Source of the DNA: Bacillus subtilis subsp. subtilis str. 168
GTDB taxonomy: Bacteria > Bacillota > Bacilli > Bacillales > Bacillaceae
Assembly (NCBI RefSeq): GCF_000009045.1
Contig: NC_000964.3
Location: 3,300,001 to 3,332,000 of the forward strand
DNA: 32,000 bases
Direction of reading: 5' to 3'
In this document: positions 21,455 through 30,501 of the stretch, piece after piece
Position numbering within the stretch: position 1 is the stretch's first letter
Layout of the letters: each line of letters starts with the position of its first letter
Notes under the pieces: model-generated
The model's input: the letters and a program-made list of their open reading frames with translations, nothing else
Databases searched by the model: none
What the model was told of the DNA's origin: nothing
Made by a program: the position numbers and the translations under genes

Positions 21455-22435
21455 GTGAAAGTTTTGTTATCCGCTCTTCTTCTCCTTTTGTTTGCATTTG
21501 AGCCTTCTGCGTCTGGAAAAAAACTTTCAGATCCAGTGCTGTCGAAACGGATGGAATTATATCATAAAATCGAAGCTGTGACGCAGATCCCTTGGTATGC
21601 GCTCGCCGCTGTTGATCAATACGAAGAAAACGTGCGGAGCAACCGGAAAGATCTGCCTGAAAAGGCGGGAATCATCAGCATCTATATACCCGATGATATC
21701 TGGAGCGGGCCTGAAAACCCGAATCCGAAAGACGATGCGCCGTTAAGCATTAAAGTGTTTGACGGAATCGGAATGGATGGCGATGGAGACGGGAAAGCCG
21801 AGGTCAGCAACGATGAAGATATCTTGTATACGTTCAGCCAATACTTACTGTCGTATGGCACAGATGAAGACAACATCCGGATCGGGCTTTGGAATTATTA
21901 CCGGCGTGATCAGACAGTGGGGATTATATCTGAATTCATGAAGCTGTTTAAAGCCTACGGCCATATTGATCTGGGCGAGCATGCATTCCCGCTTCCGATC
22001 AGAACCGATTACAGCTACCGAAGCACGTGGGGAGATGCCCGCGGCTTCGGTGGAAGGCGGATTCATGAAGGTACGGATATCTTTGCCCATTACGGCCTTC
22101 CTGTCAAATCCACATGTTACGGCGTAGTTGAAATGAAGGGCTGGAACCGCTTCGGAGGATGGAGAATCGGCATCAGGGACATTAACAATACGTATCATTA
22201 TTTTGCCCATCTCAATGGGTTTGCCAAAGGGATTAAAACAGGACAAATCGTTGAGCCTGGCCAAGTGATCGGATCAGTCGGCAGCTCCGGATACGGCCCG
22301 CCGGGAACCGCCGGGAAGTTCCCGCCGCATCTGCACTATGGCATGTACAAAGATAACGGAAGAACCGAATGGTCATTTGATCCATACCCGCATTTGAGGG
22401 CGTGGGAGCGATATGAATACCAAAAAAAGAAGTAA
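21455..22435 (+). CDS. lytH: LytH, sporulation-specific L-Ala-D-Glu endopeptidase, M23 family (326 aa)
   Basis: M23 motifs HEGTDIFA and HLHYGMY. GTG start with SD AAAGGAG, signal peptide VKVLLSALLLLLFAFEPSAS. Confidence 0.93.
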   Translation: MKVLLSALLLLLFAFEPSASGKKLSDPVLSKRMELYHKIEAVTQIPWYALAAVDQYEENVRSNRKDLPEKAGIISIYIPDDIWSGPENPNPKDDAPLSIKVFDGIGMDGDGDGKAEVSNDEDILYTFSQYLLSYGTDEDNIRIGLWNYYRRDQTVGIISEFMKLFKAYGHIDLGEHAFPLPIRTDYSYRSTWGDARGFGGRRIHEGTDIFAHYGLPVKSTCYGVVEMKGWNRFGGWRIGIRDINNTYHYFAHLNGFAKGIKTGQIVEPGQVIGSVGSSGYGPPGTAGKFPPHLHYGMYKDNGRTEWSFDPYPHLRAWERYEYQKKK

Positions 22436-22436
22436 C

Positions 22437-22466
22437 AAAAAGCCGCCTCTTCAACAGGCGGCTTAT
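22437..22466. terminator. Terminator between convergent lytH and yunB
   Basis: AGCCGCCT-CTTCAAC-AGGCGGCT hairpin. Confidence 0.75.
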
Positions 22467-23227
22467 TTGCTGCTTTTTTCTTTTTTTGAATCGGCACCGT
22501 TTTCTTTGCTGCTCGGAAGCTGGACAGAAGGCGTGACACCCGAGCCGCCGCTTCCATTATAAAACTGCGGCACTTCGCCCTGCACTGCTTTAATCGATAC
22601 AGGAACATTATTTGTGACGACAGCGGTTTTGCTGGCAAATGGAATGATGACCTTCACTTTAATTTCGACAAAGATGCTGATATCAATAAGTGCGTTATTT
22701 ATGCCATACGGCTTGATTTTGGTTTTGACATCTGTAAAAGCGTCACCGATTAAATTGAACCGGACCGGGATTTTCGGCCCGAGGTTTCCAAGAAGGCTGT
22801 TGCCGGTTACCTGTCCCAGCGGAATGTTGATCATAATGTTTTCACTGGCGCCGCTGTGTCCGGTATGGGTTTCCATCTCTTTCAAATGAGCCTGAAGCTG
22901 CTTTGTCACTTTTGTTTTCACACTGTTTACAACCTGTGTATTAAAATCGATTGTCGTTAAGTTTCCGTTTTCATCAGAATTCATTTGAAACATATCTTTC
23001 ATATTTTCACTGTCAGACATATAGTCCTCAATCGAATCCTGGATCACCTCTGTCGCTATACGCTTCGTTTCCATCTCGCCGATGTCCATTAAAACAGGTT
23101 TGATCGAGCCATTGATCATCCAAAGGCTGACCGTTGTTGACAGGATAAAAAAGACAACGGACAGGAGCATCACGTAACGGAAAGGCAAAGGTCCTCTCTT
23201 GCGAAAAGGGCCGCGATATCTTGGCAA
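22463..23227 (-). CDS. yunB: Sporulation protein YunB (254 aa)
   Basis: Recognised sequence; TTG start with G-rich SD; N-terminal transmembrane segment. Confidence 0.9.
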   Translation of the reverse strand: MPRYRGPFRKRGPLPFRYVMLLSVVFFILSTTVSLWMINGSIKPVLMDIGEMETKRIATEVIQDSIEDYMSDSENMKDMFQMNSDENGNLTTIDFNTQVVNSVKTKVTKQLQAHLKEMETHTGHSGASENIMINIPLGQVTGNSLLGNLGPKIPVRFNLIGDAFTDVKTKIKPYGINNALIDISIFVEIKVKVIIPFASKTAVVTNNVPVSIKAVQGEVPQFYNGSGGSGVTPSVQLPSSKENGADSKKEKSSK

Positions 23228-23250
23228 GAAAATCCCCCCTTACATATCAC

Positions 23251-23277
23251 AATGTATGCTTGTAAGAGGGGACATAG
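23251..23277 (-). promoter_or_regulatory. Candidate sigma-E promoter of yunB
   Basis: Minus strand -10 CATACATT with a CTATGT-type -35, 13 bp between them. Confidence 0.45.
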
Positions 23278-23299
23278 TAATAGCCGGGGCCAATTTATT

Positions 23300-23605
23300 T
23301 TATTTCATCATTTTTAAAAGCGCTTCTCTGCCGCTCATGCCGACTTTGATGCCAAGATCTTCCGCAGCGTACGTGACGGATTCTAAAGGTGCGTCTAACA
23401 GCTGGTCAATGGTGCGGACACCAACTGCGCGTCCCGCCACGATGCCGCGCTCCTTTAATTTTTCATTCAGCAGCGCCACATCAAGCGCGCCGCACATAAT
23501 GTATCCGTGATCATTGGCGACGGCCATAAAATTCGTTTTGGGAAGCTTTACTGTCACAGCTGTAAAAGGCTGTCCTTCTATCATGATCGGTGTCAGGTTT
23601 ACCAC
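23300..23605 (-). CDS. yunC: DUF1805 protein YunC (101 aa)
   Basis: GTG start at 23605 with SD AAGGGAG; recognised YunC sequence. Confidence 0.85.
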   Translation of the reverse strand: MVNLTPIMIEGQPFTAVTVKLPKTNFMAVANDHGYIMCGALDVALLNEKLKERGIVAGRAVGVRTIDQLLDAPLESVTYAAEDLGIKVGMSGREALLKMMK

Positions 23606-23669
23606 GTCAACCACTCCCTTCATTCATCACTTTATGATGAAGGGCACAGCTTGTTGTGGGCTGACTGCC

Positions 23670-25058
23670 TTATTGTGCAAGCTTCCAAGCAAGCAGATCC
23701 CGCAAAAATTCCGGCATAAAATATTCTTTTTCTGCAGCGTCGCGAATCAACGGAAACAGTTTGCCGAGCGTAAACATATCAAGCACCGCAACGGAGTATT
23801 GTTTATGTTTTTCAATATCTTCCCCGTTCAGTGTGATCCGAGTGACGTGGGTGATCCCGTCATCGAGCCGTTTCGTTTCTACCTCAACGCCGGCATACAC
23901 CATTTTCCCCATCACTTCTCCGCGGAAGCCGAGTCCTTTGATCCGGAGCTGCTCCATTTGTTCGGAAGCGGCATGGACAATGGTTTCCTTCAGTTCTTCT
24001 CCCGTCAGGCGGACAGCCACCGGGTTGATCGGATGCGGACAGATGCGGTGCAGATCCAGCTTTGTCACAGGACCTGCTTTTAGCGGACCGAGAATGACAC
24101 CTGAATTGACCATACTGATGTCCGTCTCGCACCATTCCTTTAAGGCGTATGCCAAAAGCAAAGGCAGCTCTGATTCTTCAAACCACTTCACCTCAGCATC
24201 TTGTGCAAGCTCTGCAACGGCATCGGACAGTTTCTCCTCGGCTTCACGTTCTTTTTCATTGAGAAACGCTTTAGTTTCTGCGGATTCTCCTGTCCATTCC
24301 GCCATGTTCTGCACAGAAGCCGTTTTGCTGTTGATGCTTCGCTGTACGCTGTCCACCGTGATTTCTACACAGCCGACATAATGCCCGTATTTCTCGGCGC
24401 TGGCCAGCAGTACCCCATTAACCACTTGTCCATCTTCGAGCAAATGATGGGTATGTGATTCGAGGATTACATCAATCTCAGGCACCGCTTCAGCCACTGC
24501 TTGATCATCAAGAATGCCTAAATGTGACAGCAGAACGATAATATCAGCCTGCCCTTTCACTTCCAGAATGGTTTCCTTTATGCTTTCAAGGGCATCCGTA
24601 ACTGTCCATCCCAGCTTGTCATATACAGGATAATACGGCACAGTTACACCTAAGAAAGCAATGGACATACCGTTTTTCAATGATTTGATATGGTAAGGCA
24701 CCGCCCAGGACGGACGGTTTCCATTTTTATCAAACAGGTTAGAGACGATGACAGGAAATTCAGCATGATCATATAAGGCAGCAAGCTCTTCATGCGGAAG
24801 CGTAATCCCTTCGTTATTGCCGATCGCCGCTCCATCAATGTGAAGGCGGTTTAAGAGATCGACATTCGCTTTTCCGAATGTCGCCTCTGTCACGAATTGA
24901 AAACGATCAAGATGATCGCCAATATCAAAAACGAGCGTCTCTTCGCCGTCTGACTGATGCTCTTTTCTTTTCTGCTCGATATAATCTACAATTTTCGGCC
25001 AGTTTTCAAAATGGCTGTGCAAATCATTTGTATGATATAAGCGGAGCTTCTCCTTCAT
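23670..25058 (-). CDS. yunD: YunD, 5'-nucleotidase/UshA-like metallophosphoesterase (462 aa)
   Basis: YHTNDLHSHF, GDHLDR, GNNEG and HTHHLL metallophosphoesterase motifs. Confidence 0.92.
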   Translation of the reverse strand: MKEKLRLYHTNDLHSHFENWPKIVDYIEQKRKEHQSDGEETLVFDIGDHLDRFQFVTEATFGKANVDLLNRLHIDGAAIGNNEGITLPHEELAALYDHAEFPVIVSNLFDKNGNRPSWAVPYHIKSLKNGMSIAFLGVTVPYYPVYDKLGWTVTDALESIKETILEVKGQADIIVLLSHLGILDDQAVAEAVPEIDVILESHTHHLLEDGQVVNGVLLASAEKYGHYVGCVEITVDSVQRSINSKTASVQNMAEWTGESAETKAFLNEKEREAEEKLSDAVAELAQDAEVKWFEESELPLLLAYALKEWCETDISMVNSGVILGPLKAGPVTKLDLHRICPHPINPVAVRLTGEELKETIVHAASEQMEQLRIKGLGFRGEVMGKMVYAGVEVETKRLDDGITHVTRITLNGEDIEKHKQYSVAVLDMFTLGKLFPLIRDAAEKEYFMPEFLRDLLAWKLAQ

Positions 25059-25077
25059 AATATCTCTCCCTAATCGT

Positions 25078-25899
25078 TCAGCTGAAAATGCCTTCATAAA
25101 TGAGCTGGCAGCCGATCAAAATCAATACGATCCGCATGATCATAACGATCGTTTTCGTCTGCATTTTTCTGTTGATGGCGGCGCCAAGCTTTCCGCCGAA
25201 CCAAGCGCCGGGCACAAGCGCGAGGGCGTACAGCCAATTGACGTGCCCGGAAATCATATGTGAAACAGACCCTGTCATAGAAGACAGGAAAATAATAAAC
25301 ATGGACGTTGCCACCGCAACCTTCGGCGGAAACAGAAATAACAGCATCATCGCCGGAACCATCAGTGATCCGCCGCCTATACCGAAAAGTCCGCCTAAAA
25401 AACCGACAACAAAGGCAATGGCAATACCGACAGAGGCCTGATATGAGTACGTATAAGGCTCACCGGCATCATCCTGAAATGTCCGGATAATTCCTTTGTG
25501 CGCTTTGTTGATTGGCCGGGCTTTCGCTTTCAGCATTAAGGATAATGAAATCAGAATCATAAAAATGCCAAACCAAACGGAAAACGAGTTTGAATTGAAC
25601 AGCTTTGACACGTAAGCCCCGATCATGCTGCCGGGACCCGAACCGATAAAGAAAATGAGTCCGCTCTTATAATCAACTGTTTTATATTTAATATAAGCCA
25701 AAGTTGAAGAAAGGCCCGTAAAAATAATGACCAAAAGCGAAGTTCCAATCGCAACCTGCGGCGTCACATCCTGAAACAGCTGCGTCACTGTGCTTAAAAA
25801 CATCAGAGATGGCACAATGACAATTCCGCCGCCAAGCCCGATCAGACTTCCTACCGTACCTGCGATTAATCCCAGTACGACCAAAATCACAAACGACAT
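25078..25899 (-). CDS. yunE: TauE/SafE family sulfite/anion exporter-like membrane protein YunE (273 aa)
   Basis: GLGGGIVIVP and GIGGGSLMVPAM duplicated family motifs; polytopic. Confidence 0.9.
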   Translation of the reverse strand: MSFVILVVLGLIAGTVGSLIGLGGGIVIVPSLMFLSTVTQLFQDVTPQVAIGTSLLVIIFTGLSSTLAYIKYKTVDYKSGLIFFIGSGPGSMIGAYVSKLFNSNSFSVWFGIFMILISLSLMLKAKARPINKAHKGIIRTFQDDAGEPYTYSYQASVGIAIAFVVGFLGGLFGIGGGSLMVPAMMLLFLFPPKVAVATSMFIIFLSSMTGSVSHMISGHVNWLYALALVPGAWFGGKLGAAINRKMQTKTIVMIMRIVLILIGCQLIYEGIFS

Positions 25900-25916
25900 C
25901 AATCAAAACCTCTTTT

Positions 25917-26765
25917 CTAAAATAAATCGAGCTGTCTCGGAGCAAGTCCGCTGTACTCGATATCAAGCAGTTCAAGCATCTGCTTGCCATTATCCGCAGC
26001 GTCACCGCCGGAATTGTTGTTGAACAGGACAAAAACATCCTTACATTGCTGCTGCAATTCATTCAGGTGCTTTTTCCAATCCTCCAGCTCCTGTTGGTTG
26101 TAGCGGTATAAGTACCTGACCTCCCGCCAGTTTTTCCCGCCATCAGGCTTCATCCAGCCCTGCTTGTTGCGTCCGTGAAACCTGACGAGCGTTTTGTTTT
26201 CATCGGTCGCGCGCAACACGGTCGGAACGCTGCCTTCTCCGATTTGCGGTTCATCACAGACACTGTGAATCCAGCCTTCCGCTTTCATAAATGAAAGCGT
26301 CTGCTCATAAAATGGCGGCGAGAACCAGGAACGGTTTCTGAATTCAAGCGCGCAAGGAATATCTCCCATTTGGTGCTTACACCATCTCAAATAGGCGACA
26401 TTCTCCTTCTTGCAGTCAAACCACGGCGGAAATTGAAACAGCACCATGGCGAGCTTATTGCTATGTAAATATGGCGTTAAAGACACCTTAAACGCATCAA
26501 ACATCTCCTCTTTTGAGTCAAAGGGAATTTCGCCGCGCTGATGCCCTGTCATGCCCTGATATGCTTTCACGATAAATTGGAAGGTTTCGGGCGTTTCCTT
26601 CACCCACTTTTCATTATTGCGCGCCGGCTGAATCGCGTAAAAGCTCGCGTCTAATTCCACGATCGGAAAATGGGAGGAATAGGCCTGCAATTTTTTCTGG
26701 CTGGCCGTTTTCGGCGGATAGATGCTGTCATGATCCCCCCATCCCGTCAGTCCGATATAAATCAC
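25917..26765 (-). CDS. yunF: DUF72 family protein YunF (282 aa)
   Basis: DUF72 features: IGLTGW, FYAIQ, ALEFRNRSW, VRFHGRN. GTG at 26765 best spaced from SD AGAGGTGA. Confidence 0.88.
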   Translation of the reverse strand: MIYIGLTGWGDHDSIYPPKTASQKKLQAYSSHFPIVELDASFYAIQPARNNEKWVKETPETFQFIVKAYQGMTGHQRGEIPFDSKEEMFDAFKVSLTPYLHSNKLAMVLFQFPPWFDCKKENVAYLRWCKHQMGDIPCALEFRNRSWFSPPFYEQTLSFMKAEGWIHSVCDEPQIGEGSVPTVLRATDENKTLVRFHGRNKQGWMKPDGGKNWREVRYLYRYNQQELEDWKKHLNELQQQCKDVFVLFNNNSGGDAADNGKQMLELLDIEYSGLAPRQLDLF

Positions 26766-26802
26766 ACTCATTCACCTCTCTTCCAGTTTATCACACGTGT
26801 TT

Positions 26803-27150
26803 TCAGGTTTCCTCGGAAATGCTGTTCATATGGCGGGAAAATGCCTCACGCAAATGCTGATATTGTTCCTCATTCGTATCTAAAAACGCCTCTTCTCTTG
26901 AGGAAGGAATGTGCTGATATTCAATAGGCGCCTGAAACTGCTCACTCGTAAAATCGTACACCACACCATTGATGCTGTTATAAAAATGCCAGCTCTCATC
27001 GACTCTTGTTTTGAAAATCGTGCCGCCGAAATGGTCTTGAATCACCAATGCCGTCACGCCGCATTGGCCGCATGACGGGCATTCTTCCGTCCATTTAGAG
27101 CTCGAATGGCGCGACCAGGATTGCTTAAGTATGTATTTGACATGCTCCAT
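26803..27150 (-). CDS. yunG: YunG, uncharacterised small protein (115 aa)
   Basis: SD AAAGGAGG before the ATG at 27150; CPSCGQCG motif; recognised by position. Confidence 0.85.
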   Translation of the reverse strand: MEHVKYILKQSWSRHSSSKWTEECPSCGQCGVTALVIQDHFGGTIFKTRVDESWHFYNSINGVVYDFTSEQFQAPIEYQHIPSSREEAFLDTNEEQYQHLREAFSRHMNSISEET

Positions 27151-27219
27151 TGCCTCCGCCTCCTTTAAAAAAAGATACCACGTTGATGAGATTTTAAAAA
27201 CTAGAACGGAGGAAATCAA

Positions 27220-27243
27220 AAAACCCGGCGGTAAAATCCGCCG
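27220..27243 (-). terminator. pucH terminator
   Basis: Minus strand CCCGGCGG-ATTTTA-CCGCCGGG followed by TTTTTT. Confidence 0.85.
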
Positions 27244-27246
27244 GGC

Positions 27247-28587
27247 TTACGAAGGAACGACCAGAGCTCCGTCAATTTCAGTGACTTTTTCCCCATCATT
27301 GTACACGCACCGGCCTTTGCTGTAAGTGGCCGAAATGCTGCAGGGAAATGTATGTCCTTCGTAAATGCTTTTTTTATGCTTTGCAAACATCGATTCTCTT
27401 GTAACAGTGTACGGCTCCATGCTGACGAGCACGAAATCTGCATCACACCCCGCCTCAAGCCGCCCTTTTTTCTGAAGGCCGAATCGTTTTGCAGGGGCCG
27501 CCGCTGTCCATTCTGCGATGGTTTCAAATGGAATCTGATGCTCAAGCGCCAGTTCCAGCATTCCTAATAAAGTGAACTGCCCGCCGCTGATTCCGCCCCA
27601 TGATAAAAACATGTTATCCTCCCGCTTCAAGGATGGACGGCAAGGGGAATGGTCTGAGGAAACCATGTCAATGTCCCCGGCAATGAGCGTCTCGATCAGC
27701 GTCTCTTTTGATTGCCGTGACCGGAGCGGAGGCGCGCATTTTGCGACAGAGCCCCTTTGCCGTAAATCGTCATGGCTGAACAAGACATAATGCGGACATG
27801 TTTCAACCGAAACATCAAGACCTTCCTGTTTCGCCTCTCTGATCAGCCGGACCGCTTTCGCCGTGCTGATATGGACAAAATGAACCGGACAGCCTGTCAC
27901 CTTCGCATACTGAATCGTGCGATACACCGCTTCAACTTCTGCTTCCTCCGGGCGGGAGGCGGCGTACGCATCCGCATCCACCTTTCCTTTATTGGCCAAA
28001 ACCATCTGCAAGTAGCTTGTGATCGCGTCGCTTTCCGCGTGGAGAGCGAGGATTTTTCCTGCAGCCGCGATTTCTGCCATGCCTTTGAGCAATGTCCGTT
28101 CATCAACAGAGCGGAACTCATCAGTGCCTGACTTTGATAAAAACGCTTTAAACCCGATCGCTCCCGCTTCAGCCATCGGACGGATGTCCTCGATATGGCC
28201 TGGCACAAGGCCGCCCCATAGCGCAAAATCCACGGCAGATTTTTGCCTGCCTAGCTCAGCTTTTGCGAGAAGATGCTCTGCCGTCACGGTTGATGGAATA
28301 CAGTTGAGCGGCATATCAAAATAGGTAGTGCAACCGCCTGCGGCCATCATTTGAGAACCTGTTTCAAACCCCTCCCAATCCTCCCTGCCCGGTTCATTAA
28401 AATGAACATGGCAATCTATCACACCAGGAAACACGTATTTCCCGTCTGCCTGGATGATTTCCGTCCCGCTTGCTTCAATGTCAGAACCTATCTCGGCAAT
28501 GACACCGTTTTGAACTACAATATCAGCTTCTATAACGCCATCTGGCGTAACTGCCTTCGCACCTTTTATCACCATATCGTAAGCCAT
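27247..28587 (-). CDS. pucH: Allantoinase (446 aa)
   Basis: Amidohydrolase motif [10 protein letters not shown]; SSDHSP metal-ligand region; adjacent to pucR. Confidence 0.96.
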
Positions 28588-28621
28588 ATTGATCCCCCCA
28601 TGTCAGGATGACGATTTTCCA

Positions 28622-28638
28622 TGTCAGTTTATGTAACA
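28622..28638. promoter_or_regulatory. Degenerate TnrA-box-like site between pucH and pucR
   Basis: TGTCAGTTTATGTAACA versus TGTNANATTTTNTNACA: 11 of 13 fixed positions match. Confidence 0.4.
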
Positions 28639-28726
28639 CAACCAGTTCTATTTTCAACAGTTTACTGCTACTATGATCGTATTACATCAGCAAAACCGCT
28701 AGAATTCCTATTGAAAATTATTCACC

Positions 28727-28739
28727 TTAACCAATGTTT
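28727..28739 (-). promoter_or_regulatory. PucR box upstream of pucR
   Basis: Minus strand AAACATTGGTTAA, exact match to recalled consensus WWWCNTTGGTTAA. Confidence 0.7.
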
Positions 28740-28761
28740 TTATAGAAAAGGAGAATGCGCT

Positions 28762-30357
28762 ATGAATATTCTTGATGTGATGAAAATACCGGCTTTTGAA
28801 AACGCCAATTTAATCGCTGGAAAAGCAGGAGGGGAAAGAGAGGTTCAGCATGTCAATATGATGGACGCTCCGGATATCGTAGACTTTTTGCATAAGAATG
28901 AATTGCTCGTCACCACCGCCTATCACCTGAAGGATCACCCGCATCAATTATCTGAACTGATTCGGCAAATGGCAAAACGCGGCTGCGCGGGCCTCGGCAT
29001 TAAAACAAAGCGCTATCTGGAAGATATCCCGAAGGAAATCATCGAACTGGCCGATTCATATGCGTTTCCGATCATTGAGCTTCCGGAACACATCCGACTC
29101 GGCGATATTGTGAATGCCACACTCAGCCATATTCTCGATATGCGTTCTAACGAGCTGCAGCAAGCCATTTACGCGCACAAAAAATTCACAAACCACATTA
29201 TGAGCGGCAAGGGGCTGCAATCCCTCCTCAAAAAGGTGTCAGACATCCTTCAGCTTCCCGTGCTGCTGCTTGACCAGCATGCCAAAATGCTGTCTGCGTC
29301 TCATCAGATTTCAGTTGAGACCGAAAAGCTGAAAGGCACCCTGAATACCGTATCCGGGCCATTTTTCACTTGTTTCTCTACAATCTCAGATCAGAAAACA
29401 TATTCTGTCCTGCCTATTTATAATCACGAAAAAAACTGCGGCTACCTGCTGATACCCGACATGGTGCAGGCAGGCGACAAAGGATTGATCCTCACGATTG
29501 AACAAGCGGCCAACGTCATTTCCTTTGAACTGCTGAAGGAAAATGCGCTGAAGCAGTTCAGCCGGCGGGCCCGCAATGAGTTTTTCAACAATTTTATTGA
29601 GCGGACCTTTTCTTCAGATGACGAAATCAAAAACCGGGCGAAAGAATTCAAGCTGCGCTGGGATCAAAAATACATGTGCATCGCCGGCAAACTCGATCGC
29701 AATGACGAATCAATCAGCTTTACAGAAAATCAGCTCGCTTCCGACAGCGTATTCGAATTTCTTGAAGGTGAATTATCAGCCTTCCCGTTTCCACCTCACT
29801 TCTTTATGAAAGGAAATGTCGGCATTATTCTAATCGAGGCGACAGACAGCTGGAGTGAAATGCACGCCTCGGTGATCAGCTTTTTAGAACAGTTTCAAAC
29901 ACAGGTCAGCGCTCAATTTAAACGAACCGTGTCCTTTGGCATCAGCAATATCTGCCAAAAGCTCATTGATGTTCCCGACGCTTTCACAGAAGCTTCTGAT
30001 GCTCTGCAATCGGGGCATTTGTCAAGAAGCACCGCATTTATCCAGGTGTATCACGCCAAAGATGTGCCTGAGCTTCTGCGCTTGCTCCCAGTTGAGGATT
30101 TGAAGAAATTTTACAACTCCACGCTTCAGAGCCTCGCTGAAAAACAGCAGGAGGATCAAAGCCTGCTTCATACGCTTTCCGTCTATTTAGAGACACACTG
30201 CCAAATTTCAGAGACGGCAAAGCGTCTGTACGTTCATCGCAATACGGTCATATACCGCCTTGAAAAATGCGAAGAGCTTCTGGGGAAAAGCTTAAAAGAT
30301 CCTGAAACAACGATGCGTTTGCGGCTTGCATTACGTATGCAGCGGCTGATCAGCTAA
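28762..30357 (+). CDS. pucR: PucR, transcriptional regulator of purine catabolism (531 aa)
   Basis: C-terminal PucR HTH region CQISETAKRLYVHRNTVIYRLEKCEELLG; ATG at 28762 with SD AAAAGGAG. Confidence 0.96.
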   Translation: MNILDVMKIPAFENANLIAGKAGGEREVQHVNMMDAPDIVDFLHKNELLVTTAYHLKDHPHQLSELIRQMAKRGCAGLGIKTKRYLEDIPKEIIELADSYAFPIIELPEHIRLGDIVNATLSHILDMRSNELQQAIYAHKKFTNHIMSGKGLQSLLKKVSDILQLPVLLLDQHAKMLSASHQISVETEKLKGTLNTVSGPFFTCFSTISDQKTYSVLPIYNHEKNCGYLLIPDMVQAGDKGLILTIEQAANVISFELLKENALKQFSRRARNEFFNNFIERTFSSDDEIKNRAKEFKLRWDQKYMCIAGKLDRNDESISFTENQLASDSVFEFLEGELSAFPFPPHFFMKGNVGIILIEATDSWSEMHASVISFLEQFQTQVSAQFKRTVSFGISNICQKLIDVPDAFTEASDALQSGHLSRSTAFIQVYHAKDVPELLRLLPVEDLKKFYNSTLQSLAEKQQEDQSLLHTLSVYLETHCQISETAKRLYVHRNTVIYRLEKCEELLGKSLKDPETTMRLRLALRMQRLIS

Positions 30358-30361
30358 AGTT

Positions 30362-30378
30362 TGTTACATTTTCTTACA
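30362..30378. promoter_or_regulatory. TnrA box between pucR and pucJ
   Basis: TGTTACATTTTCTTACA, exact match to TGTNANATTTTNTNACA. Confidence 0.7.
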
Positions 30379-30439
30379 AAACGAATCGTTTTTCGTCACT
30401 TTCAGCAATCACACCTGTCTTTTTCAGCTACTGTATCCA

Positions 30440-30468
30440 ATGACACCCCTCGACCGGAACGATATTAT
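30440..30468 (+). promoter_or_regulatory. Candidate sigma-A promoter of pucJ
   Basis: ATGACA - 17 bp - TATTAT. Confidence 0.5.
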
Positions 30469-30501
30469 GTTACTAAAGTTCACATACAGGGAGGGACTAT
30501 A

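Noticed and set aside
23514-24381. Long plus-strand ORFs (189 and 206 aa) antisense to yunC/yunD
   Set aside because: They lie wholly opposite well-supported genes, have no matching SD or recognisable domain, and their composition looks like codon-complement shadow ORFs.
28621-28761. N-terminal extension of pucR in the track (578 aa)
   Set aside because: It would run through the TnrA-like site and PucR box. The ATG at 28762 has a strong SD and gives the expected 531-aa protein.
30361-30501. N-terminal extension of pucJ in the track (496 aa)
   Set aside because: Covers the TnrA box and promoter. The GTG at 30502 with GGGAGGG gives a standard NCS2 permease.
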